Below, piece after piece: positions 37,984 to 50,451 of a DNA stretch of 64,000 nt. The stretch lies in the NCBI GenBank assembly GCA_965637545.1, contig OZ281500.1, positions 20,646,001-20,710,000 on the forward strand, read 5' to 3'. Origin of the DNA: Phallusia mammillata. Lineage: Eukaryota. The translations under genes and the position numbers were made by a program. Under the pieces are notes generated by a model. That model saw only the letters and a program-made list of their open reading frames with translations, did no database searches and was not told the DNA's origin. The stretch's first letter is position 1. The number at the start of each line of letters is the position of its first letter.

Positions 37984-38590
37984 CTAGGTTTTCATTTCAG
38001 GTCTATTTAAGTTTGGAAACTTGGCAACAATATTGTAGACGAATTGTGGGCCCCTGCGTTGCAACAGGAATTCACACCTATTAAAAGATTTAGGTTCTTT
38101 TTATTTACAGGAAAATGTTTAAAAGGGACTTACGTTGGAAACAATTTGGCATGTTCACTCCATGGATCATCGTTCTTATGCCAGTTCTGCAAACAACCGT
38201 TGCGGTACCAACATTTTAACCGATCCGGTTCACCTGGTTTAGGAAAAAGTCCCTAAATAACTTTTCCGGTTCACCTGGTTTAGGAAGAAATCCCTAAATA
38301 ACTTTTGTTGGTGCTAGATCAAACTTAGGAACACTATACACGGACTTGAAAATTAATTTAATCATGAACATGTTGTAAATAATACTGGGGTGAAAACAGA
38401 AAATGCAAACGGTTTCGTGAAGTAATTGCGCCAATATCACAAACAGTGTGTCGCGAATAAACCTTGCGCAGAGGTGGGTGGATTGCCTTCTTTACGAGTT
38501 AGTTCTTGTGTTCCAGGTTGATTCTCAACAGACTGCGTCTCCCGTGGGCCGTGACCAGACGAAGAAACAGGTGATAGACGTAGTTGTGCG
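37984..38590 (-). pseudogene. Relic of the 3' half of IAP-7
   Basis: Paralogous to 50452-51130. The BIR N-half exon is deleted, WYC is changed to WYR (Zn ligand lost), a ~39-bp tandem duplication crosses the acceptor (38225-38305), and the same ...T-stop (ACC TAG) is retained. Confidence 0.8.
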
Positions 38591-38957
38591 CTTCCGTATT
38601 TCTGCCAAGTCACTTCCTTCAGTCAAATGTTTGCATTTCGGCGATGTCGTTAACGCGTATTTCGCGGAACTACATTTAATGGCATCGAATAATATTTGTG
38701 ATTTGGGAAACATACAAAACAAAAATATGCCTAGCATTTAATTTTCGATCTTTTTGTCGCTAATCGTTATAAAAAAGCACAACGCATACGCACTCTAAGG
38801 TAAAATTTTGTTATAAGCTGATTTTAATCAAGATTGTTTCTCATTTTAATTACCAAGTTTATCTATACAGGTAACAAAACATAAAAGCTGGTTAGATAAG
38901 TTAAGCAGTTAACAAGATAAATTTATGTATTGATCGTAAATTATGGGTACTTTTTTT

Positions 38958-39060
38958 ACATGGTTCGAACCCAATGCGCTTCCGGGGACGAATCTCCATC
39001 AGGGATTTTATGTGTGTACATGAGTCAGGCACGCCGGACCTTTTGGCCGAGTTCCAGCCC
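38958..39060 (-). other. Inverted tRNA-like element upstream of IAP-5
   Basis: Minus strand reads CTCGGCCAAAAGGTCCGGCGTGCCTGACTCATG...GGAGATTCGTCCCCGG...GGGTTCGAACC. Confidence 0.45.
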
Positions 39061-39913
39061 CACCAATTCAAAACCTGACCGTAAGCGCCGCAATTTGGCA
39101 ATGTAGCTCGCTTTGGCTAATACTTTAGGTGGCGCCAAAGGTCAACAATTTAAACCCTTCCTTATATGGTGGGTGTATTTCGACACTGTGCTGAATGTTT
39201 GTGGAATGTTGAACAATAGCTCATGGATATAAAGCCCGTATTAAAACAAATCCCGCTCTTCGTTTACTCGATCCTTCGAAAAATGTGAAGTTGAGGTGTA
39301 GGATTTAATCACACATACACTATTTTTGCAGTTTCTTATCAAACTCGAAAAAGTTAAACCGTCTTTTACCAATAGTACATGGATTCCCCGCGGACATAGT
39401 TCAATAGTATCCACTGCCCCAAACTTTTAGTAAACGAATGCTGCACAAATGCAGAAAATCAGATTAAGGTGATAGCATATTAGCTCTACTTTCCCAACTT
39501 TTCAATTTACTATAAACTACACTACTTTTCCAGGAAACAAATCACACTTATCAAGTTCGATTCCACACAGGAAAACAAACGGCCTTCATAAGCGGATGTA
39601 ATACGTTGCTTTGTATTAAGTTTAAGAAATCGAAATCGTAAAAAAACCTTCAGCAATGTAACACCGACAACGCGAACATCGTTGTTACTTTTGGACATCG
39701 CGTCAGATATTGCGCAACAAGCCGGGTAAACACTGCCCGCGCGCCATTGTTGCGAAACTCTTTTATGTTGCCATCCCCTTTGTGTCCTTTTGCCGGCAAT
39801 GAATATAAAAGCAAACCAACAATTTAATCAATTTATTGCTCATGCCGGTTTGGTGATATAAAGCGGTGTTTGAAGCTTAACCCTTAAATCAAATGACGCC
39901 GAAAACGTGCAAT

Positions 39914-42020
39914 ATGTCGGACATTGAGGTAGATGGCAGAATTTTAAATTCGACCAGAGAACCGCCAGGTCAGCACAGCGTTTATATTCCACCGGGTAAG
40001 TTATGTTGTGCAGTAAACAGTTGAAGTTTGTAAGCATATATTGTTCTATTTCAGTTGAAAGAAATCGCGAAGTTCACAGACTGGCGACTTTTGCACGTTT
40101 TCCGCAGTTTGCACCAGTCAACCCATGTGCACTTGCAAGAAATGGATTTTATTTTACCGGTTACAAGGACCGAGTAAAATGTTTCAGGTTTGTGGGGATG
40201 GTTAAATGTACGATTTACTTTTTTCAAGCTTATTTAAATTCGTATTTTACAGTTGCGGCCAAACAGTTGACTCTTGGGCGATTGGCGACGACCCAACGTC
40301 TTTAAGGTGGCATGATCGTGATTGTCCGTTTGCAACAGGAAATGATACCGAAAACGTTGCAATTGAAAGTAAGTTTTTCTACATAGTCAACATTTAACAT
40401 GTAAGTTTAGCCTTATAAAACCGTACACAAATTACTCAAGTATAGAGCGACAGATGATAAGCGCCAATTGAAACGTTTATTTACGTAACAGAAACATTAA
40501 TTTCGCCTATTTGGAAACCATCGTCAGTTTTCATCTTATTCAAATGGAATGATAAGAAATAATACTGATGTTAAAAAGGTAACCTGATATCTCTTGCACA
40601 AGCACACAGAAATGTTCACATTCCAAAAAGGTTGCTTACACCGGACAGTTGCTGTCCACACATGAAGATTTCACAATGCTAACAAAACTTTTGAAATCTG
40701 CACAGGGTTTCACACGAGACATGTTGGAAATTCCACGCCGCCACAAACTTTAAGAATTCCAAACAGGTTAACACCAGCGGCTGCAACGTCTTCAAGGGAA
40801 ACTCCAATAAGACGGAGTCGAGATTCCGATGAAGACACCGAAGTCGCACGTTACGAAACAATTTTCACCTGCCCGGACCCCACAAATCCCCACATGCGAG
40901 ATGAAGCTCGTCGGTTGCAAACGTTTGTTGATAATCTGAGAAATTGGCCTTCACACAGAATCGCAGCAACCCCCGATCAAATGACCAAGGCTGGACTTTA
41001 TTATCTCGGTAAGTGTGACTGAATAGTATCAATTCGCCAGTTGCTGTTTCCAAATTGTATCCGAATTTATTTACAAATCTCATAAAGGTTGGTTTATAAT
41101 TTAGCTTGTCATTTTTAGGCCAGAGGGATCGAGTAAAGTGTTGGTATTGTAATGGAGGTCTGCAGAATTGGGACAGGAATGATGATCCATGGTTTGAACA
41201 CGCGAAATGGTTTCCAAGGTAGGATTTCACTATAAGCTGACACACGAAATTCTTTAACATTTTTTTTATAATTTTCATAGTTGCGAGTTTTTGCTTCAAA
41301 AGAAAGGACCAGCTTATGTTCACAACGTTGTGGCCCAGTTTCCCAATCTCAACCGACCAACACCAGTTAATGCTGCCAACAGACAGAATTTGCCACAAGT
41401 TGCATCCGGTTTGCAGAGGTCAAGATCAAACATGCCAATTATTGTTGATCCGAGAGAAGAAGTGAGAAAAAGGGAAAGAAAAGTTGATGAAGAAATGCGA
41501 AGATCGCCTCTTGTGGCCAAAGCAAAGGGGATGGGATTCAGTGAAAAAGAAATTCGCTGCGCATTGTTAAGGTAAATAAAATAATAATTTACAAACAATT
41601 TTTTTTGGTGTTCAACACCAATATAAACATCTACCGTTAAGAAAAAGTCATTCTTTTTTTTCTAATTGATATAGGAAGCATGAAGAAAGCGAAGAGTTTT
41701 GTTCGAATCTTGAAAGTTTCGTTGAATGCATTCTATCGAATCCGGATCCGATTCCAGAAGATCGTGATCTAACTTTGGATGCTGGAGGTTCAACAAACTT
41801 GGAAGGCGAAGTAAATAGAGGAGGAGACCAGCAAACGATCAAGGAACTTGACCGATTACAAGCATCAAGGACATGTCGGATTTGTCGGACATCTCAGGCA
41901 AATATTGTGTTACTTCCGTGCGGTCATATCGCCTGTTGTGAAGGGTGCAGTAAGGGATTGAAAAAATGCCCTGTTTGCAAAAGTTTTGTGCGTGAAACTG
42001 TGAAATCGTACATTGTGTGA
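39914..42020 (+). CDS. IAP-5: BIR-BIR-UBA-RING (7 exons, intact, opposite strand to the other intact IAPs)
   Basis: Exons 39914-39995, 40055-40187, 40253-40368, 40706-41008, 41119-41218, 41281-41570 and 41675-42020 join in frame. All Zn ligands are present; ends SYIV*; TATAAAG at 39857. Confidence 0.93.
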
Positions 42021-45000
42021 ATCATTTTGAAGATTTGTTTTAAGACTTTTTTGTAGAAAGAAGTGCATTTGCTGTCAATTGTTAATTCATGTTTACTGTG
42101 ATTGTTTATTTTTGTTGCTGTTTTATATAGTCCTGTCTGCAGTAATCGTATTCTGTTGCAATGCAAGTACAAGTGTTATCAACCTTTTCATATTGTTATT
42201 TGTATTAGGAAATTTCTGTTTTTTAGTTGTTTTTGCGTCTATTTACTTCATAGGCAAGTGATGATTTTTTTGATTTATTCTCATCAACAAAACTTATTTT
42301 ATTTATTTTGTGCAAAAGTTCTCACTGTGCATACCCTCATCACCTCACTGTCATTCTCCGACTTGAATTGTTGTTTGTTATTCGCTAAATATGATGTTTT
42401 CTGCTTCAATTATAAATGCATTACGATATGGCAAATAATAATGTCAATATTGTTACATTGCCTTTAGTAAAATTGCCGATGTCACTTCAACTAGTCAATT
42501 TGAGGCTATTAACAAATCGTTTAAATGTTTACGTAAATTCCTAATATTTGTACATAATCAAAATAAAATAAAAAAACTGTATTTTGTACATAATTCATAA
42601 CGCTGTTATGATTTGAGATTGTATATGTGACAAAAGAAAACATTGTACAAATAAACTTCCTCAGCGGGCTTATAAAGTCAATTATAATTGAGTTGCTTGT
42701 GGTAAATGTAATTCAGTGTTTCTATTCCACTCAAGTATTTCGGCATTAACCGTAGCCATCACATCATTTCCAAATGTTTTTGTGCGTTTCATCTACATTT
42801 GGTATCATAATGTCCATTAAATTCTGTTGGTTAAGTTTTAATGCTCGTTTGTCGTTATTAGTTTGAATGAAAAAAACTATTTCAAATAGTTGAGTACGCC
42901 CATACCGTGGCATATTCTGACCCTCACATCATTGTCCAAAAATAGCACATAGCTGATGCAACACGAGAAGCCAATAAAGTGACGTTTGTTTGTCTACGAC
43001 TCTACGTGATACGCCAGCAAAGGTCGTATAGCTTACTTGGAGTCAGTCAGTGTACATTTCTCATTACCGAAACCTGATATGAACACAAACTACACACTGG
43101 TTGTGAAATACTGCTACGTGGAACCTTTAAACCTGCGTTTCTTAACCTTTTTTGACCGGTGGCCCTGATGAGAAGCTGGTGAACTTTTATTGAGGGATAA
43201 ATTGGTTCTAAACTCATGTTTTATTTATCCATTTTCCGCGTGAAAAGGTTAAATTAAACCCAATATTATTTCAACAAACTTATCCAGAGATAATGTTGTA
43301 AAAACATAGCTAAGATAAGTTTTTGACATTTTCTTTACAGTATGAGCAAAATTTATGTAAATCGTAATTCCCCACACGAAAAGTTAAAGCTTACACTATA
43401 GGAGTTGGAAAGTGAAAAATTAACAACTGATGTTTTTCATTCAAACTTTGGTCACACATTTGTTTTTGGGTACCACGTTGTTCGTATATTATATAGAGTT
43501 TTGTCAATACGAAAGATTTAAAAGTTGCCTTACTGGAAAAATATGCAAATTGGTTTCAGAAGGTTTGGAAAATCCCAGCGTGATGAACCCGGTACCAAAT
43601 CTGCTCTCAAACAGAAAGTACCTTTCACAAGTATTCAGGAGTTGCGCCGTGAGCCAAGTACGGACGTCAGGTTGTGTTATTATTTGATGACAAAATTGAA
43701 TGTATGTTTGGCTTACTAGGAAAATATCTAGCTATCTTTGATCGGGACGGCTTCCTCGTTTGTTTTCCAAAAAGGCATGTTTTATCACCACAGCAGTAGG
43801 CTATTACAATTTTTTCTGTGTCAACATAACGAGATTAAACCTATATTCCCACTACTTCGAATTTTGTTTTCTGCAACCTCATAGCTTTTTTCAACCAGGG
43901 GCAACTTATAATACTTTTAAGTTAATCAGTACTTTCAGAGTAAATACGTTACAACTTATATTACCAAATTTAAGCGTGCATTGCGATTAATATTTATCTT
44001 ACCACATTTGGGCACTAATTGGAAGGTAAAATATAAAAACGTTAATTAGAAACAGCATGACTATTACGTTTACTTAAACCATATATGGGGTAGTCAAATC
44101 GGTCCAAAAGTGAAAGTGTTTGACAACATGGCAACATATTACAAAAGGCTGCGTTTTGTGCATTGTAAAGGTTACACATACCTATAAATAGTTGATGTTA
44201 GACAGTTGTTTGGGCGCAATACTTTAGTTCAGGGTAAACAGTGCCAGGCTTTTTTCGGGTCGCATTCTCGTTTGCACGGAAGCTTAAGTTAAACGGGCTT
44301 GTTACAGGCCTGAATTCACACTTGGCCTTATTTGTACCTCAATTCCATTATGGTTTCTGAATTGGACTTGTAGAGATGCCTTTAACTTTGCTTTAGTTAC
44401 GACGTTAAGAAGTATCACGTAATGGTTTATTTTAAAACCATCTAAATATAGGCCGATGAGCATACCACTCCAAATATGGTTATGTAATTTGACACCCACT
44501 CGACCTAACATGTAATACGATCGCATCAAAACATTGAAGTAATAGTAGTTTGTAAGAAAGACTTTCACAGTGTGAAATCACACACCCCTTGTAGTAAAAA
44601 CCCTCTTACTCAGGGTTGAAAGTAAGAAGAAATGTTTGTAGCCTCGACGAGCTTAACGACGTAACAACACTTTGGATGCTTAAAAAGATTTCTGTCTCTT
44701 GCAAACGTCCACAATCATGAACATTTTTACTCACTTTTAAGAAGAAAAAAACGTTTTTCTTTCTATAAACCTATGTTTAAAATATATCAGTATACAAAAC
44801 TTAAGAAACTGTTTGTAAACAAGACCTAAGAAAATATAAAACTGTAATGATTTTTACATGTTGTATTTGAAAAATGACATTGTGTAAATTGATTAAATAA
44901 ATATATTAGTGCAACGCAGTCATATAGCACAACAGGAAAAAGGTAGCTGAGTTCAAAAAGGAACTTTTTGCATTTCTTTGGCGCACGTTTACACACAGAC

Positions 45001-45359
45001 ATATCAAAAAGTATGAATAAATAAATTAAAAATAATAAAAATGAAAACAAATTGCCTAATTTTCTATTAATATCGACAGGTATTACACTGTGAAATTGGG
45101 GATAAGTGCATATTTATAAAAAACTTTTTTGTTTTCTTTTTTGTCGTATTTTTTTTAAAAAAGGGTAAATTGCATATGCTGCACAAACGACACCTTATTT
45201 TGACTACAGAAAGTGAACTTTTACGAATCAAGCTACAGAAAGCATAAAAATGAACAGAAAATATGTTAAAAACGTAATCTCGTGTTTAATCTCAGCAAAG
45301 GTGTTAAAAACATAACTGTTTTGTTAAATTACCGTCAGGATGAATTATTGGTAAAATCG

Positions 45360-45700
45360 TTTTGGAATAGTGACAATAAACGTGAAGTAATAATATACAA
45401 AATTACACACATGAACTTTTTTAAGGTTGTACGAGACTATTATCGTGGCTTTTTTCTAACATTCGTTTTTAGGCACATATTAAACAATTAAGGAATTGAT
45501 GATTTATAGGTGTAACCTTTTGGAATAGTGACAATAAACGTAAAGTAATAAGATAAGATACAAAATTTACAAAACATAACTTGCACCTTTTTAAATGTTT
45601 GAATTTTCACTTTTTTGAGGTTGTATGATAAAATATCATCGTGGCAAATTTTCTAACATACGATTTATAGGCACAAAATTAAACAATAAAGGAATTAATA
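45360..45700. repeat. Tandem duplication of the IAP-6 terminal codons and 3'UTR
   Basis: 45360-45500 resembles 45517-45700 (tggaatagtgacaataaacgt...; the minus strand reads INSLIV* versus INSFIV*). Confidence 0.7.
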
Positions 45701-48700
45701 GCTTCACGCACAAGGGAATTACAAATAGGGCAGTGGCGTAAATCTTTTGAGCAGTTAGCGCATGTTGCTAGATGACCGCAGGGAAGTAGCACAACTGAGG
45801 CATTGGATCTTTCACACACTTTACAAGATCTAAGTTTTTTAAGATTATGTAGCTCTTGCGCGACTGACGTTTCGCCGCTTGCTGAGGAACTAGAGGCGGT
45901 TGGAATTTCTGACAATGAGGCCTGATTTGATGTGGGAATTTGGCCTTGATTTTCCAACATGTAATTCACCATACTTTCGAAACTGGGATATGGGGCGTCA
46001 GCTTCTTCAAACCTCCTGCAAGAAATAAAATGAAAAAATTTAAACACCAAAAAATAATTCTATATGAAAACAGACAAATTCTTAAAACGTTACCAAATGT
46101 TTTGTCGATAAACCTTTTCACCAAAACAAAAGCCAAGGAAAATCTCCAGCTAGAATTGGTTTTTCATTTCTTAACATTGGTGCTTTATTTAGATATTTAC
46201 CTCAACATTGCAAAACGAATTTCCGTTTCGCTAAAACCCATGGTCTTGGCTTCTTCCACAAATGACGATCTTCGCATCTCTTCATCAACTTTTCTTTCCC
46301 GTTTTCTTACTTCTTCTCTCGGATCAACAATGATTGGCATGTTTGATCTTGACCTCTGCAAACCGGATGCAACTTGTGGCAGATTGAGAGCACTTGCACT
46401 ATTAACTGGTGTTGGTCGGTTGAGGTTGGGAAATTGGGCCACAACGTTGTGGACATAAGCTGGTCCTTTCTTTTGAAGTAAAAACTCGCAACTGAAAAAA
46501 TTAAAATAAATTAAATTGATGAAGAATTTTGTGTGTCAGCTTATAGTGAAATCTTACCTTGGAAACCATTTTGCGTGTTCAAACCATGGATCATCATTCC
46601 TGTCCCAATTCTGAAGACCTCCATTGCAATACCAACACTTGACTCGATCCCTCTCGCCTAAAAATGACAAACAATGATATCAAATTTTCCAAAGATAATT
46701 CAGTTTTGATTAAGATGCTTCGCAAAATTAGACAGGAATTGGGGCCCAAACCCCGAAACCCAGCCCGAAGATGATTGTTTTAAAAAAGCAAGGTCTTAAA
46801 AATACCCGAAAGTTGGTAAAAATGCGGCAAAAATGAGTGTAAAATCAGGCCCAAAAAGCCCAACTTACAACTTTAAACCGTAAGCCACTTACCAAGATAA
46901 TAAAGTCCAGCGTCGACCATTTGTTCGGGTGTTGCTGCGATTCGGTGTGAAGGCCAATTTCTCAGATTATCGACAAACGTTTGTAACCTGTGTGCTCTGT
47001 TCCTCATGTGGGGGTTTACCGGATCAGCGCAGGGGAAAAGGTTCTCGGTTTCGTCAACTTCCCTTGGTCGTTCTATTGATCTAGGTCTGACCCTTTGTGC
47101 TGACGTCGAGGAAGTCGAGACTGCTGGGTTTAAATCGCGTCTAACTTCGTGACTTCTACTTTGCCGATTTTCTGTTGTTGTTGTTTCTCGTGTCTGACGT
47201 AGTGGGTTTCCACCTAATCAGGAAGTAATATAATGAAAGGAAATGATTCATTTGCGTACGAACGCGGGGAAATCTTGGGCGAAATCAGTCAATCAGATTT
47301 CGGTTCATTCATATGCAAACTCAAGATAATATTGGGACGGCACCAGTTTTGTATCGATATGAAACTTCGTTACACCACCACCAATAGTATAGATGTCTTG
47401 TTGCTTTCGGTGCTGGTGTAGAACTGAAACTGCTGCTAATGAACTGCTGCTAGGCGTACTTACTGTTATTTACCCTAATATGGTGACCTGTATACGACGT
47501 CGAACCGTCGGTATAAAAATACAATTGCTGAAGGGGCTTTTTAAATTTGATATTATGCCTGGAACCAACAGCTTATATAGAAGTAGTTTAGTACCTAGCA
47601 TTTCCAAGCAATTCTCCACACGTGAATGCCACAGAATATGTTACGCGTAAATGCCTATGTTGGTCAGGTCACATGACATGAATAGCGAGACAGATATAGA
47701 CATATATATATACGGTTAGTAGATATTGACGTCATATACAGGCGGGGCAATAGCTCCGTTAAGCCTTTATATTTAAAGCTTTTTCACCTGCCCTTGTTTG
47801 TCTTACGTTTAATCACGTGCAAATGCTCATAAAAGTCTTATTTGGGTTTTTTAACTTACCAATCGGAACGTTGTCGGTGCTCTCGCCTGCAATTAGCTGA
47901 CAGTCTTCGGCGTGCCATCTTTCCCATGTTGGGTCATCGCCAACAACCCAGTTTTCCACAGTCAAACCACACCTACAAATAAATGACAAGTTACATATAA
48001 GATGAACTTAATTCATAACTGGGATCAGCCCTGAAGCGTTCATGCAGACCATGTTGCACATAAGGCTTAAAGTCATTAAATGCCAATCCAGGCGAAACAC
48101 AATAGCTTTGAAAGGAACGCCCACGTTCAACCATTTGTTATTTTGACAACCGATATAATTAGTCCAAAGCAAGTGGGTTAAATTTAAATGTGGGCGAGAC
48201 GATACGCAACGTCGCATACAGGTCATTGGGGAAATGAACTAACTTACTGAAAGCATTTCACACGGTCCTTGTATCCGGTGTAGAAAAATCCATGCTTGGC
48301 AAGTGCACACGGGTTTACAGGGGAAAACTCCGGAAATTTCGCAAATGTGGTGAGTCGATAAATTTCTCGAAATGTGTCACCTTAAAACAATCAAAAAGGA
48401 TTACATTGCATTTCCTATGACGAATATTGTTCTTGAATGGACACGAGTCAAAGTTCAAAAAATACGTTTGTGCTGCGTCATGTTTTGCTGACGACACCCA
48501 AACTCAAGATGACGCAAGGGTTTGCCAACTAAGCGCTCGACGCACTACATTATGTGTGTCACGTTCACAATTTCCCAATTATTTATGCAACAAACAACAT
48601 CAACACAGTGGGTAAAAAGTTAAATTGGTCATTTCAGGATATCAGTCTAGAACACGTTCTTTAGGAATATTATAATAAACAGAATATCAAAAATGTGTCG

Positions 48701-49514
48701 ATTTACGGTTTAGAATTCTCTAACGTTTAAATGACTATACACAACAAATCAAAGTTATATGCGGCCTTAAAGAACAAGCCAGAAACCCGGCCCTAGCACG
48801 ATTTTTTGAAAGCAAGTAATTAGACCCGAAAGTTTAATTACTCAGCGTTAAAATACAATATGACGGAAAAGTTAGGCCCGAACTAAGATTGTTTCTTTTT
48901 GACTAAAGTCCGAACCGAAGCCCCATACAACCTTACATCAAATGACAAAAACATACAAACTAATACACATGTCAAAAAACAAAGTTATCGGAACGTCATA
49001 CTTTACACATTATGTATACATATGTATTGGCATGTCTGTTTCTCATGAAATTATTACTAATTAAAACAGTTGGGTAAAAAACGATAACAGAAGCTTAAAA
49101 CATGCGACGACAAACATGACGCCAATTCAAACAAGAGAACATTGTACCTGATGAAATGCATTAAAATGTGATGGCACAAGTCAAAACTCCGTTTAAAGTG
49201 TTCAACTCCAATTACGTGTTTCAATCAATCGTAACAAAATAAAACATCACACTGCAGAAAACAATTACAACTGTTGTAAACGGAGTAGTGCCAACGTGAA
49301 CACATGTAGAATAAAATCTTTTGCCTCTATACTTTAAATTTAGTTTTAACTTGTTCTTTTTATGAAAAAAGCTTTAATACTTGGTTTGGCGATCATGTTC
49401 GTCGACATAATATATTAAGTTGTATTATTTACCTGGCGGAATATAAGCACTGCGTTGACCTGGTGGGTCGCGTCCGCTTTCTACAACCCTACCATCAACT
49501 TCGATATTCAACAT
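45679..49514 (-). CDS. IAP-6: BIR-BIR-UBA-RING (7 exons, intact)
   Basis: Exon 1 (49433-49514) MLNIEVDGR...YIPPG; BIR1 exons ~48253-48385 and ~47860-47975; linker/BIR2 ~46895-47215 and ~46560-46660; UBA exon ~46203-46492; RING CKVC...CGH...CPIC...SFIV*. Confidence 0.92.
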
Positions 49515-49659
49515 AGAACAACTTGGCTTGGCAGATAAAACGTCTGTATTATACGTATTTGTATAAGCTCACGCTGTTTTCACGTTGCTACGTTACTATT
49601 CAAGCTCGTTTCGCTACGTTGAGGTTCGCGTCTGTATGCTCACGCTAAAAGCGCCCTCG

Positions 49660-49702
49660 TATTTATAGCCAGACAGCATTGTGACGTCAGAAACGTCACG
49701 TG
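49660..49702 (-). promoter_or_regulatory. IAP-6 core promoter: TATA box, CRE palindrome and E-box
   Basis: TATAAATA on the minus strand (49660-49667), TGACGTCA (49682-49689), CACGTG (~49697). Confidence 0.55.
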
Positions 49703-50451
49703 TAATCTCGAGATACCGCGAAACCGCTGGAAAAATGAGCCGGAAATCGCGGAATGAAAACTTTTCCATTTATTTTCCATGCCAGGTGTTATGCATGACT
49801 TAAACTTGATTTAAAAGTTTACTGCAACTAAAGAAATGAACAAATGAATATGGCAACATTATACAGCATGAGCGTGCTCCTTTCTCTTTCTATTCTCTTT
49901 GCGAGCGCGACGTAAAACGTCTGTCGATCAGCTGAGCCCGATACGTTGTCATGCTCCAGTGGTAAATATTTTGAGAGAACGTTAAAAATACTTGTTTTAT
50001 TGCTGGTTAATCGCATAGGAGAAAATCATTCAAGAAAACATTATGTAATGCAGCGTTCTTTAACTTCAACACTATAAATGGTTCGAGTAGCAAAGAAAAC
50101 GTTTAAATTTAAATGTGTAATAAAGAGGAAAAAATATGGTCAGCATTAGTTGAGTAAAACTGTATATGTAATATAAACAATGGTTCTAAATAAAAAATAA
50201 AAGATAAAACAGGAAATACGGATCAAGATATCAACAAGCATACTCAGTAGATAGTCAAAACATTTACATAAATAATAAAGTAACGTCATTTTTAAATAGA
50301 AAAGAAACTTCAGATTTATAGAAATTAAAGTAAAAAAAATGATTCGATTGAATACTGCACATACGACGATCTCTATTTTCGGTTTTGTTTTCTGATCATT
50401 GATGTTGTGTTTTTTTGTATCAAATTAAGGAACAATGTGCATTTCCGTGAA

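Noticed and set aside
43165-43200. Hammerhead core CTGATGAG
   Set aside because: No stem II or GAAA at a suitable distance.
46740-46875. Degenerate CCCGAA-rich repeat family (also ~6900-6985, ~23410-23480, ~48770-48935, ~53930-54040)
   Set aside because: Probably old MITE fragments, but I could not define both termini or TSDs, so they are not listed as features.
47330-47510. Possible cassette exon in IAP-6
   Set aside because: The flanking exons already join in phase, the donor is weak, and most frames contain stops.
48318-48342. kB-like words GGGGAAAACTCC / GGAAATTTCG
   Set aside because: They fall within the IAP-6 BIR1 coding exon and are explained by codons.
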